The position numbers and the translations under genes were made by a program. The notes below the pieces were generated by a model. That model was not told where the DNA came from. It did not search any database and worked only from the letters and a program-made list of their open reading frames with translations. Shown piece by piece: positions 17,607-31,939 of a DNA stretch of 64,000 nt. Each line of letters begins with the position of its first letter. The first letter of the stretch is position 1. This stretch comes from Daphnia carinata. Its lineage: Eukaryota. The DNA is taken from NCBI RefSeq assembly GCF_022539665.2, contig NC_081331.1, positions 14,198,001-14,262,000 of the forward strand, read 5' to 3'.

Positions 17607-20600
17607 AAATGTCTTCATTTTCTTTAACCTATTTTTTTTTGTTTCGTGTTTAGTTTATTTTCAAAAATCGAAAAGAAATGGAAGCGCTGCGTCCGTCATA
17701 TCCGCTCGTCCGAAAACAACAATTTCGTGCGGGACTGGAACGGAAATTAAAAATAACTATCGTGCCTTAATTGTAGCACCTTGGTGCCGCAAGAATTTTC
17801 ATTAAGACGGTTGACGAGTTGTTGTTATTTGGGCAGGATTTGCATGGCGTCAAATGCGCACGTTCATCTAGTTGATTCGATTTTGTCTTTTGATTCTTTA
17901 TTTTGAATGAAAACGCCGCAATGTGTTCTATTCTGGCCGATGAGTTTTTCATTGGCGCCCAAAAATTTGTGTCTAGTTTTTCTTTTCTGATGGCTAAACA
18001 ATTCGTTTCAATGTGTTCAACTTGTCTGCAACTATCGATCGTCTCTTAGTACAACGCGACGCATTTGAATCGTCGTCGTCATTTGCCAATGAGAGAAACC
18101 AATCGATTTTCTTTTTTTTTTTTTGTATTTCAAATTGTTTCCCGATTTGAAAGAGCGTCGTCTCTGTTTGTGCCAACTTCTTCTTCTTCATTAGGCTTAT
18201 TCTAACTACCTTTTTTTTTGCCTTGTATTCCCGCCGTATGACGACCTTATTTTAGACAACAACGTTTTCATGTTTCATTGTCGAGACGACAAATACACGG
18301 ATCGTGTTCTTTTCTCTTTCAAAATACACCACATCGATTTAGATGGTATTCAATTGACGTATATCCGCATAGACGGAACAATAGACATTTAGTGTTTTGA
18401 GTGTTGCACGTGCGCTCTACATGATTGGGTCGAAATCAAAGTTTTTATAGATTCGCATCACCCACTGCTGACACGTGCGCCAGTCGTGCTTTATGCACAC
18501 ATTCTTTACATGTGTATACACGCTATGTATCTACGCATTTAATGGGCCATATATTTATACAAGAGAGTCTGTATAGCCGATGAGCCAACGGTACCATTTT
18601 TATATTACATTTTTTTTTTTTTTTTTTTTTGCCTGGATCGAATCGATGTACACACTCCATCTTTCGTGTGCTTTCTGTTCGATATAGATAAAAAAAAAAA
18701 AAAAAAAAATTACGATATAATCGATTAGACGTAAATTCTTCGAAACCACAATCAAATATGATTTTCTTTTTTTGCAGAAAGAATTAGAAAAAGAGAGCGA
18801 GTATCGATAACCATATATACAGAAAGAAGCCTGAACTGTGAACATGTTGTCCGTTCTCTCGGGTCGTGTAGGCCGCCATTCTATAGACAAAGCTCTTGGC
18901 CCAATTTCCCTTACGGGGAAAACGCAAATATTTAGTGAGAGCCCTGCGTAACAGACATGGACGCATTTGCAAAAATAAAAAGGTTTTTCAATTGTGTATA
19001 CATACATGGTTTGTACAGTGAGTACATTCAGGGAAACGTTGAGGCATTTCATAGACGATCCACTAATGATTGCACACATAGAACATGATCTTTCAAATGG
19101 ATGTGTAGGAAAAACGTCTAAAAAGCCAAATGATATTTAATGAGATGAGTTTGATGTCATCTACTTGCATTTGTTAGCTAAACCGAGATGAATGCACACG
19201 CTCCGCTGCCTTGTTTCTCTCGTCTGATCCTATTAGTTGCTCGTTCGTCTTCTACAATTCTCGCTCTACGTATAAATGCACTGCATCGCTTTAAGCAAAA
19301 AAAGGACGAACGACGACGTGAAGGATGACAGTTTATATAAATGGTTTCATCAGAAGACAAAAATAATTCAACATTCCAAACGACTTGTGTAATATCAATT
19401 TAATCCGGGCCCAAGACAATCAACGGTACGAGGGGGGTACGCGTCGGCGCACAGTTGCCCAGCACAGAGTTGAAGGCAAATGGCCCACAGGAGAGAGAGA
19501 GAAAAAGGAAGGGGGAGAGGTTAGAACGTAAGGTTGTCGTAGACTTTGACAGTTGCTTACCGACCGTCGCGTTCAACGATTGCAATATCACGGCGCAATG
19601 TTCCTTTTGTTTTTGTTTTTTTTAAGTTCACAGTGGCATTATTTTTGAGTTCGATGCGATTCAACGATGTGTTAGTGATCGCCTTGGTGTTGCTGCCGAT
19701 TGTTGGGCATTATAAAGTGACGCATTCATTTTGGATTTGAGTTGTTATTTATCAATCGAGTGATCATCCAAACGCACGGATTGTTTTTTTTTTTCCTGTT
19801 TGCGAATTGGGCCCTCAGTTTGACATTAGGAAATGGGTGAGTTTCATATTGAGGTATTGTACCTTTTTTTTTTTTTTTTTTTCGTTAATAATGATATTGG
19901 AGGTAGGGTGAACATAAAAAAAGGGGGGCGTTTTTCGTGCATTCGTTTTGATACTTTTTCTCATTTTGTCTGAAAAGAGAAAATCCTTATATATTTCGTC
20001 TAACGTCTTTTCTTCCTTTTCTTCACAAATCTCTTAGAATAATGGCCGCAATTTTGTTCCCTTCTTCGTATTGAACCCAGTATCATCTTTTTTTTTTTTT
20101 TGAGTCAGAACTGAAGCGGCAAAAGTTTTGTCGTCAAGGAGACAATTTCTTTCCATATTTCTTTGTTATCTACGAGACGGTACTATTTCATTGCCACCAT
20201 TCCTCTTACTGCAACTTGACAAGTGCATTCTTTACGTCGAATTTTTGATATTTCAAATGCATCATTTCGTTCTTAAGATTTAGCCGTTTCAAACAAAAGG
20301 CAAATGGGAGAAGACACACTCATTGACTGGTACGAGTGTGACATCAATCAGCCGCATTATGTCCATCAATGTGATCTGTTTTTTTTTTCTAACGGCACGT
20401 CACATTCTATTTTTCCCGAATGAACGGTGACCTCTTAATAGACAATCTATCCAAATGAAAAGGCATTGCTTGTAATGCTGCAGCACTCGTTGATTGACTA
20501 TCTGCTGGCATTGTGTCCGCCTGAAAATGCCTTCCTTTTGACGTGCTTATTCAGCCAACGCTTTTGATGGAGGTCTCAACCGATCGACACGAATCGACCG

Positions 20601-23600
20601 TGCAGCCAACGTTCACGGAGCCACAGTTCCGAGAGTTCGATCGTAGCTCACGGCTTATAGAATCCACCCTCAAGAATGACCGATACTAGTGTACAGGAGA
20701 GAGATAGTTGTGCTTTATAGTTTTGCTTGCTCTAGATATATATAGTGGCCCGACTTGGATATAATATGGACAAACAGTCAAATGCCAGCCAATCAATATG
20801 ACCACTATATACTATATAATCTAATTTTTTTTTTCTTCTTCTATTCGAGATACGTTATTTTTGTTCATGACTAGAGCGAAATGTTTATTTCGTGTTCTTG
20901 CCATAAAAGTCGAGCGTGATGAATATATATTGAAGGCTTTTGAAAAAGGTGATGTAGTTTAGCGTCTCGTCTAGCATCAGTTTAAGGGATGATGGTTCTT
21001 AAATTGGTTTTGTTTCTTTTTAAAAAAAAAATCCCTTTTAGCTATGCGTTGCATCTCTTTGTTTATCTTTTGCTTTGTGATTTCGGCCGCCTCTCTTTTC
21101 GATCTCCACCCGCTTTAATTGGGTCCACCCACTCTTTTGGGTTGTGCCTCTGTATAGATAGAGAGGATAGGACGGCATCTGATACGCTGCTATCGATTTT
21201 GAAATTCTGTGAACGTCAAATGAAATAGAGGGGACACGCTAAAGGATGCAGAACGAGCCTCTGTCATCACTTTGATAACGCCAACGCAGCACGAGATGCC
21301 ACAAAGTTTGTTTTTATGTCTCTCTTCCTTTAGGCCTATTTACACTCTATTATTTTTTAAGAACACAGTTTTCCATCCGTGCTTTTTTCTTTCAATTCTT
21401 TTATTCGATTTCATTTTGTTGCTCGAAGCCAAGAGTTTTCTCTGTTGCAGACGTTTTCTTTTTTTTTTTTTTTTTGTTTGGCCTTTTGTTCGACATCATC
21501 TCCACTTCTTTGACACATAGCTTCTTCTTTACCAATTGAGACTGTCAAAAGACGAAGCTAATCTTCTTCTTGCATGGCCTGCAACCGATTTTTCAGCTGC
21601 TCTTTTTCTCAGCTGCCTAAAGAAAATGGAACGTTTCGATTTATTTTGCATTCATTCAAAGTGTCGAAGCGCAAAAAAACAGGAAACGTGACACAGCTGT
21701 TTCTTCTTTTTATTGATAGTTTGTGTCCTAATCAAAACTAACAATCCAACTTGCACGTCATTGTTTGAGCGTACAAGTTTGAAGAGCGACGATGGTAGAT
21801 AAACCCAACATTTTCGAGTGCGGCCTTTTGATGTAATTTCGCATCTAATGAGGCAAAGACGAATTTTTTTCTGTACACGAAAATGTTTTGGATAAAGACT
21901 CGAAACGGAGAGACGGTTGTTGAGCACGCCCGTTGGACAAGCAGGTCAATATAATGATCTGAGTCTTTCGGTCTATATACGAGAAAAGAAATGCATCTTG
22001 ACTGTGCTGAGAGCACTAGACACGTCAAAATTTGCAATCAAACAAGTAGACGTTATCTCCTGCAAATATAATGAAAGTCAATATACAAGTTTATATAATA
22101 ATAACTTTGACTCATTTATTGATTGTGCTCTTGTAATATACAAGAAAACATTTTCGGAAGGCGGGTACGAGAGTCAACTTTTGTGCCACGTAGTTTGACG
22201 TGATGCTCGGCACGTCTTGGCTTTCACGCTTCTTTTTTCTTATCTCATTCCTTGTGTGTATACGAGTTTTTTTTTTTTTTTTTCTTTTCTTTTGCAACCT
22301 GGTTTATTTGTTTTGTTTTTTTTGACTTTTTGGCGTGACGCATTATAGATGATGTTGATTTTTCTAGTTAGAATCCAGCCTTGATGCATTTCGAATAGCA
22401 ATTCTATGATTATCCATTTTGAATATGCATTACTGGGCTAAAGGAAGACAGTTGCGGATGATTCAGACGTTATGCTCGTAGCAAGTTTGCTGATGATGGA
22501 TCTGCGTTCGATTCCTTTCGTATTCTGCATTTTGATCGATTGCCACGTATAGTGGAAACTCGCATTTCCGATGTTGGTTATCTGCGAGTTTATAAAAGGA
22601 GATTGTTTTTGATTTGCACAAACATTGTTGACGATGTGCTTGTTTACAAGTTTTTTTGTTTTTTTTTGAAAAGGTATGACGTCATCTACTCTAATGGGAG
22701 CAATCCGCCAAACTTTGTGACGCTTCGCGTATCACTGCCATTTTTAGTGTGCTGGGCGCCCTCATAATGTCCGTCTCGTGTATATACCGTAACACGTTTT
22801 AGAATGATGGATGACTCAAAATGCATGTTGCCCCTGTAAGTTCAATAATACCTAAATTGGCTTTTTTCTTTAAAGAAAACAAAACAATCGGAACAAGGGC
22901 AGTATCATATGTTATCCTATTAAAGTCGTACGTTAGCTATTAACAAACGATATGTTTATAGTTCTCTAAAACGCCTAGCCATTTGTTTCCTTATTTCTTT
23001 CCATCAGCATGTGTTGTCACACACGGGAGACATATTTGTTCAGTCATCACTGTCCAGCTGCAAGTTTTATAGCCGGCCTTGTATGCTATTTTCTTTTATA
23101 CATCGGGGCAATCGAAAAAAAAAATAAGAAACACAATGATTTCGTTTTGCTGGGGACGACTCCCCTGTGGACTACCTAGTAGCTATTTCTATCCAACCGG
23201 CTCTATATATAAAGTATATGTATATAAAACTGTATATACGGAATACTGATTGGCCCATTTATTTATCTTCTTCTTATAGACTTTTGTTTGTTCCAGTTGA
23301 TCCATTTCCTACCGCCCAAATCAGGGCACACTTTCTATAATTCTCTAATAAATGAGCAGCAATTGATTACTACTATAAACGTCTTTGCTATAACGATGAC
23401 ATTGTCGTTCGTGATCGTGTAGGAAAAAAGACTCTTGCCGTAGTTTTGTTGGCCAACAACACACGACCGGAATTGTCAAACTTTATTTCATTGGCTGCGA
23501 TACAAAGTCGCTTTGCTACAAATCACTACGTTTCGCCTAGGCTCTCTCTATACGATGATGACGTCTATACATTATCATCGTCATTTTTTTGTGCCACAAT

Positions 23601-25668
23601 TCTTTCTTACTTACCATTTCCTCGTCTCCCATTTCCGCCGTGATCCGTATAGAAACTCTATAATCGCATTAAATGTAATGGGACCAAGGGAAAAAGAGGA
23701 GTGCATGTACATATTGATCTTTGGATGTGGTCCAGCACGCGACCGTCCGCGTGTAGACAAAATAAAAGCCCAACTTGAAGTTGGAAAGAATATTGCAGCT
23801 AGAGGTTATTAGGTATAAGAGCCACAGGGCAATCGGATTGCATTATTAGATAATAATTCATATGCGAAAAGATTTTTCATGGTGCCCTATATACTCATCC
23901 GCCTACCCTACAACGAGGCCAGTTTTTAAGCAGGGCGACATTATACAAGAGGATCACGTCCGATTCGTAAAGTATCCAGCGTGCAGCTCTGCATACACAA
24001 GAGTCTCAAAAAGAGTTACGTTGTTTTAGCCAGGCATTTTTTTTTTTGTCTGTAACGTTTGTGGTTATAGATCATCGTGAGCTCTGGTGGCGCCAAATAG
24101 ATTTATACACCACTGGCTTTTAGATGCCATACTAAAGTATAAATTCATTTACTATTTTAGCTGGCCGTTTCAACACATCAATCAAATTGCATCACGTACA
24201 CGTAAGGCCTTTTGTTAGATACGACGTTTTTAAATTTTACATATTTTTAGGGTAGGACCTAATTGGATGCATGGCCCAATCCATGTTAGGAATAAATGCG
24301 ACACTGTAATTTTTGGGACGGACGATGAAAGGTCTTTTTTGATTGAATAGAGCTATTATTCAAATTTTTCCAAGAGGAGATGGGAGCAAAACTGATGTCT
24401 GGCAACATAGGTTAATGATCCAATTGGCTTTTCTCTTATTGATTTGCTATACATGTGTAGTAAAGCGCAAACGACATGTGAGTTCGAATTTCACGGGCTA
24501 TTGTTGTGCGTCGCTCTGATTGGCTGCGACAAAGCGTAGCACCGTTCGTGAATATTTGATTAACATGACCAGCAGAGTCTACCCATCCGAAACAATTTCA
24601 CGGTGGCACCCTATACAGCAGCTGCTTATAAACACTATTTTTCATCCCGTCCCCTATTTTCAAATCATTCGTAATACCAGCGCATTTTGCTATTTTCGAG
24701 GCATGTTGATGTAATCAGAGAATACTTGTACTACGTAGAAAGAAATGACGATTAGCAATATCCAAACACGAGCTGTGCTGTGCATCATTAAAGGCATCGA
24801 GTATATACATCTTTCGTGTTTTGTATTAGACGTGAGTTCGTTATCTATATAGATTGACAATACACTGGCCTATTATTTATAGGCCGCCTTGTATCAAACA
24901 GCCATTATGTCTGTTGTTCTCTAATAACGCAGCATCTCTTAACGAAACACGTTCTATCATTGCGATGATCCTAAAGGCTGGTATACATTTCCCTGTTTTG
25001 CTTTTGTTTCTCAACACATGTAATCGATCCCGTGATCGTATTTTTCCTCCCAAGGCACATGGCTGTAAAGCCTATTTATTATCCATTAACCTTTACGTAA
25101 CGTATTGAGTGTTGGACACACAGCTGGGATTTCTAATCAATGATGACTAAGGGCGTGTGTCTGCAAACTATTTACATATTTCAATGTAAGAGAAATTCGT
25201 CAATTCTTTTTCTGTGTCTGATTCTATTGCGAATGAAAAGGACAGCTAGAAGCTTTGTAAAGAAAACATTTGGCATCGATCCCAATGTCTGGCTCTCATC
25301 TCTCTTTTCTTTTCCTTGTAAAAAAAAAGAAAATCTCAAAACTGAGGAAAAGAACTTCTTTCTGCCTTTGTTCTTTCTCTTATAGCCCAATTTAGTTGGA
25401 AACGTTGGATCTAGCGAGTGGGGGTCGGTGTGGGAAAAGCCAATAAACAAAAGAAACTTCTATCCAACATTTGACAATAAACAAACTGCATTTCTTTTTG
25501 ATATCACGTCTCTCCATCTGATGAGTTTCGTCTAAACTATTTGGTTTTTTGTTTTTTTTTTGGCTTAAAACAGTTGATCAATAATAAAAAGGCATTTGCA
25601 CGCGATTGATGTCGGCTGATGGGGAAACATGCGGATGCATCGATCTGACGTCCAGTTGTGTTGAATGA

Positions 25669-28600
25669 ATGAACGGCCAACACCCGAATCACGTCCGCAC
25701 AGCTGCAACAACGGTGGACGCTCTTCCGATCGTCAAAGAGAGTTTATTGGGTCGTCGACGTCAACAACAACAACAACAACGTGACGAAGATGGTGGTCGT
25801 CATCAAAAGATGATGGCCATGTTGACGATGCGCCAGCAGCCGAAATGTCATCGTTTACCTGCAACACCATCAAACATTCCAACGAGGCCAGTTCGCAATA
25901 ATTACGTCGAGCGGCTCTGTGTCCAACTGCCTCCGTCCCTGCAACAACAAGAACAACAACAACAACAACAACAAAGAGAGTCGAGTCGCTTCATACGTGA
26001 AGATGATGTTCTACGTCTGGTCATCCACGTTGAAGAGTCGCAACCGGATGAGGAAGAAGAAGAAGAAGGGAAGGCTTCGTTGAATAGCGACGAGCATCAT
26101 CAAGCGAATCGCCGGAAACACATTGGACGGCGACGTTCCGCTTCCGAGTCAAGCGGAGGAGGCACACGAGATTCTTTGGCTTCTCATTTAGTCGGCCGGA
26201 TGTCATCAGACGAAGACGACGTGGCTCACAAAAAGAGAGAAGCCGATCGATTGAGTCATGCCGGCATCCGCTCAACCAGCCCAAGGTCCAATGCCGTCAT
26301 CAAAGAATTCCGACGCAGTTCCGAATTGTTGCGTAACATTTTACTCAGTCTGTCGGCCTCGTCGGTCAGTAGCAGACGATCTTCCGATGGGTCCACCGTT
26401 AGTAGTATTAGCACCGCCGTTGCTCCGTCACACGTCGTCGCACCTCCGCCACAACAGCAGCCGATGAATGCCGAATCGACCTACGTCAGCGCTTTGCAGG
26501 CTCACCGGAAGCGACGCTGGGCCGTCCATCCGCAACCAGAGGCGGCCAACGTTGAACCTACGACGGCCGGATCGTCTAGTTTGATGTTGTTATTTGAAGC
26601 CATCGCCTCGTCGAACTGGACGTGGACGTGGCACGTGCTGGAGAGCGGGTTGGTGACGGACGTCAACGCTCCGCTGAACGACACGAACGGCTACACGGCG
26701 CTGCATTGGTGCGCCGTTCAGACGCCCGTCCCGTGGCCGGCCGTCTTCCTTTTATTAGAGCACGGATGCAAAGTGGAGCAACGCGATAAAGACGGCACTC
26801 AGCCCGTCTTCCTCTTGCCCAATTTGCCCAGGGTTCAGCAACAGCTCGTCAACGACGCCTTGGACTACCTGATCCGCGGTCAAGATTCAGCAACTGGTGC
26901 CGCAGGCGAACGTCGAAGCGAAGCCGATGGAGACAACGAGGCCGACGTGGACGAGGATGGCCGCCGATGGACGTCGACGTCGTCGACGATTGGCGCCGCG
27001 TCCGTAGGAGGAGTCAACAACATTTTGCGTCGTTTGCAACAAAGCGCCATCATTAACCAGGCGGGTCATTATCTTCACCAACATCACCCTCACCTGCTCG
27101 TTAACAAGAAATCGCAAGAGTCTAACGTTTCGCCATCTGGCCTCGTGTCGGGTTCGACCGACTATTGCGATTCATTTGAAATCACTTCCATTAAGGTAAA
27201 GCGTCTTCTTTTGTTTTCATTTTTTTTTTTTTCACGGGTCTGACTCGATTGTTGCTAAACTATAGTTGGCTGAATTAAGTCATCAAACGGCGTGCACGAC
27301 GACGGCCATGAATAATGAGCAGCCAGAGGTGGCCGTCAATGCCAATCACTCGACGTCTTGGCCGCCAAACGAGCAACAAACGACGACGACGCCCAAAAGG
27401 GAAGAAGAATGGACTCAACGTCTCGTCCGTTCGCTGTCGGTGCTCGTCAAAATGGCAGCCAATGCCGAATGTTTGCCATTGATCCTTCCTTCCTTATCGG
27501 AACACGTGGGCGTCTTTGTGCGGGCCCTGCAGGATACCAGCCACCTCCCTTGCCACTCGATGATGTCTGCCTTTCTTCACAATCTTCTGAAGGTAAGTTA
27601 ACCGTCCAACGTTTGCTTTCTCTCGTTCTCTCGTGCAATGTGTCCGGACTTGTCTGGTCCATTTTCTATGGTGGGACATCATCAACGAAGTGGGATGCAG
27701 TACTCCAAGTCGCCACTCCAATTACGCAAAAGCTTTTGATAGACTGCGCCAATCTCATTACGAGAGAGTCATTATTTCAGCATTTGAATGCGCAGCCCTC
27801 ATTGCCGCGCATAAATGTCCGCAAAATTTGATACAAGAAATTCTTTCGCTTTCATGTCCTCGGTGGATGCAGTCTGCGTTGGAAACGGCCGCCGGTCCGT
27901 CGGGAACAAAAGATTACCCGTCAATGGATTCGGCTTTGAGCAAATTGCTGCAGGTGGGCGTCGAGCTGTTGGCCGGGACGCACAGTGTCCAATTCACTGC
28001 GCTCGTCTTCATCAACAAAATAATTGACGTGTCAATGGCCGCGTCCGTTGCTCATCGACGTCATCGTCTGGCCGACAAGACGAAACGGCCCAAACGGCAC
28101 AGGAGAAACAACAATTGGAACGCGACGACCATCAAAGTGCCATCGGCCGTCCATTGGACGGGCAAAAATGCAAAGACATTGACGCCTCGTTGTTCGTTTT
28201 GGAAAGAAATGATTCAACAACAAGAGGCGAACGCTCCGCCTAATAAACTTGTCCATTCGAACGGCGTGAATACCGTCATTCATTTGTTGTCGGAAAAAGT
28301 CCACGCCGGGACGGTGTTGAGTTTGGTGTTGAACGCCATCACGTTGCACCGTCGTCTGGTGGTGGGCCAGCATCAGCACGAGAGCAGCCGATTCCGGTGC
28401 ACGCCCAGCCTGCGCATCCGCCAATGCAGCCATCACTGTCTGCAGATTTTGAGCGCCCGTCTTTTGTTGTACATGGCCGGCTCGTCTGCTTTGTCCAGGG
28501 ACCAGCTGATGGCCGAGGCTCAGCTGCGCATGATGGTCGAAGCTTTGGATTACACGTTGGATCCTCAACTTCTTTGTCTCGTCATCCAAACGGTGGCGCT

Positions 28601-28997
28601 CTTGGCTCTGCATTTTCCGTACCAGCGGCTGTTGCTCAGTTCCGGCATCCCGGACGCTCTGGCCCAGCTGGTCCTTCCGTCGGACGAGTGGTACTACACC
28701 AACCACACGACGCGTTTCTCTCGGATCGTCAAACACCACGCGGCCCGGGCTCTGGTCTACCTGGGACTGGCCCGCTGTCTCGGCCCTCGCGTCTCCCTCT
28801 TTGATTTTCAAGGTATTTCCTAAGAATTTGCATATGATAATCAACGATCGATAGTGTGCGTTCTATAGCGATTCAACTGAAAATCTCTTTATTGGGCTCC
28901 ATTGAAAAAAAAAAAAAAAAAGCACAGGCAGAGAATGCTGTTTTATTATATGGATCTGATGAAGATTCATTTCGCCATCTAGCGGCACTTTTTTCCC

Positions 28998-29035
<38 letters not shown>

Positions 29036-30625
29036 ACTCACTACTATTCTGGCTGGCATAACTCGATTGGCCTGGGCTTCGGTTGCTAACTGCAATATAA
29101 GAATCTACGTCGGTATCGACCCGATCGTCGAAAGCAATTCAGTTGATGAGGTTTCACTGGTGGATGTACAGTGTCGAGCTATGTCGCATTCAATAGCCGT
29201 CTGCTGGTGATCTCTTTTTATTTATATATATCCCAGCAAAGGGATATATCCATTGATCCTAGACATCATCGTGCACGATGACTCTCTTTGATCCCCCTCG
29301 CCTAGCTTATTAACACGCCAAACATGTTTGACTAGGCCTATTATAAGGCCAGCTTCTTAAAACATCGTTTGATGTGATTTTGGTCATTGATTTTTCTTTT
29401 GATTATCATTTTTGATTCGGTTATTTAGTTCGGCCTACATAGGCCTTGCTTTGATATGGATACGAACGTACCAACTATACATCATTGCTCTATACCAAAG
29501 GCCTATGCACCTCGAGTGGGGAGGGGGGCTTGTGTCGCAATGAATCATATCAGTCGATCCATCGTGTCACGAACGTTGTGGCTCTTCAAAATGTCTATCA
29601 AAAAAACAAACAAAAAAAAAAACATTGAGTCAACGTGCTTTAATATTGGTTAATCAAATTGCGCTCATGACGCATCCTGCTTATCTTGTTGACAATTTCC
29701 GATCAATAATTTGAATTTGTTTCTGGTCGGTTAAAGAGCCTAGAAAGGAGAGTTTCAAGACGAAGGATCGATGAATGGGTTGGCCGTATATGTAAGGGGT
29801 TTCATGAATAACGATCAGCCTTTCGTGTGTTTGTCAAATAGAACAAATCGATTCATCGATTTTTTGGCCCCAAAAACATTGACGTTTTCCATTTTGGGCA
29901 CACAGGAGGATCGGCGGGCGAATGTTGGTCAGAAGGAACGTGTTCTTCTCCGTGCTCCCAACAGCTGGCGTCGAGCATCAACGAAACAGCCGAAGACAGT
30001 TATGTTATGCAAATGTTGACTAGCCCATCGTCGGTTGTCGCTTATTCCGCTTCTCCTGCGCTCAATCGGACGGTGGCCATCAGTCCGGAAGAGGTGGCCA
30101 TGCGGATGCTCGACTACCACACGGTATTGAATTCTAATTAGAGTTGCCATTGCTTTTTTGTGTGCCATTTTTAGCCGGGCTCAAGCGTAACAAATCAAAA
30201 GCAAAAGAAAGTTGGGGTGTGGTCGATCGTGTGCATCGGACCGATTGATGATCAACTGAGGCCCAACTGATTTTTTTTTTTTTTTTTAATATTTTTTGAA
30301 TGTTTTTTTCCCGCCTGACTGATGAATGATGACAACGGATGAACTTAGGCGGGAGACGAGGACGAAGTTGGCAAAGTGATGACTTTAAACAGTCTGCCCG
30401 TCCTTATCGATCCCATCATCGTTTTGAGGTTGTTGCATCACTGGATCTTGTCACGCAAAATCGTCCATCAAATCCATCAGCAGCAGCGCCAACCTAAACG
30501 GCCGGTGCTCGTCCGTCGTGAACTTTCATTGCCCGCCGATGAGCGAATCATTTCGCGACTTGAAGCCCAGCTACTACCTCACGTAATTTCTTTTATCTTT
30601 TAAATTTTGGTTCTATTCAAATTTG

Positions 30626-30659
<34 letters not shown>

Positions 30660-31839
30660 GGTAGGTGGACATTTCGTTTGCGGACGAAGATGACGGATCG
30701 ACTGAAGAGATTCGACCGGCCGTCTCGATCATCCAACAAAAAGAATCGAAACAAATCAATAAAGAAGACGAGAAGGAGGAAATGAGTGCGAAACAAGAGA
30801 CGATCGCGAAGACGGGCCGTTTTAATCCGACGGAAGCCATTTTAGCCACGATGCAATTATTGCCTCTTCCCTGTGCCAAAGTCATGGCTGGCCGTGGCCA
30901 GCCTCTCGTCTTCATGACGCCCGGCGACATTGCCGCCGGCCAGCAGCAAAAGTCGGAAAACAACTTGGCCGCGTTGGCCATGCGTCGCAAATCCAAATCG
31001 CAAATGGGCCTCAACGACCAGCAAAGATCTGACTCCAAATCGCCGGCCGCTACGGCCCTGTCCGTCCGCCCCGATAGGCCGACCAGCGGTGTGTGCAATC
31101 AGCTGGACGAACTGCGTTCGTTTCAGCGCCAATTGCAAAATTTCCCGAGTCTGAGCGAATTGCGACGGCACCCGTTGGTCCCGTCTCAACCCAACCGGCT
31201 GGCCACCACCACTTGCTCTTACTCGAATAACAGACGCTCGCTATCGCCGGCCTCGTCCAGTCGCTGGTTCGTGGCATCCGAGCAACGCCAGGCGGACAAG
31301 GAAGACAATGGTAGGAAAGCAGAGCCATCTGTTGTCCAACAAGCGTCCATGTCCCCCGTCAGTCGATCGACATCGCCGTCCAGCAGCAACGACGAGTGCC
31401 GCTCTGCTGCTGGACGGCATCAGCACAACACAGAGTCGCACGCGCTGGCCATTCTCCACATTCTGCAGGTATGGCAATTCGTTTTTATAAAACTAGGCGA
31501 TGTTGAAAATGAAACGGAGAGGATTCAAGCTTGACATCCTAATTGAAATCAATAGGCCTTTCCTTTTGTATTGCGCTAATCAAAATGATGATGATAATGA
31601 ATGCAGGAATCGATGGAACAAGGCATTGTGAATGTGCGTTCCAGCGAAACGATATGCCGCGAGCTGGACGAGATGCTGGAATCGATCAAGACGGCTGCAA
31701 CGCATCATAATAGTACGGACGGTGGCGCCAGTAACGAGTCGTCGGACAGCGTCGTTGGTCGTCAAGTGGACGACATCCGAAACCGATTCATCTCTCCCGT
31801 AATATTCAAATTGCCCATTTTCATTTTCTATCGCTCATT

Positions 31840-31870
<31 letters not shown>

Positions 31871-31939
31871 ATCAGTTGCTGGACGGATACAAGGGAGCCG
31901 ATAGTGCCGAGCTTGTTGTCGACGCTGAATACCATCAGG
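25669..31939 (+). CDS. Large N-terminal coding exons with ankyrin-like and ARM-like segments, probably the 5' part of the PLC-epsilon gene (exon phases only partly resolved)
   Basis: ORFs of 524, 396 and 289 aa with splice donors at 27195, 27592, 28812 and 31468. Ankyrin-like DVNAPLNDTNGYTALHWCA...LLLEHGCKVEQRDKDGTQP. Helical LLSSGIPDALAQLVL...KHHAARALVYLG. No terminal exon is evident before the FERM exons. Confidence 0.6.
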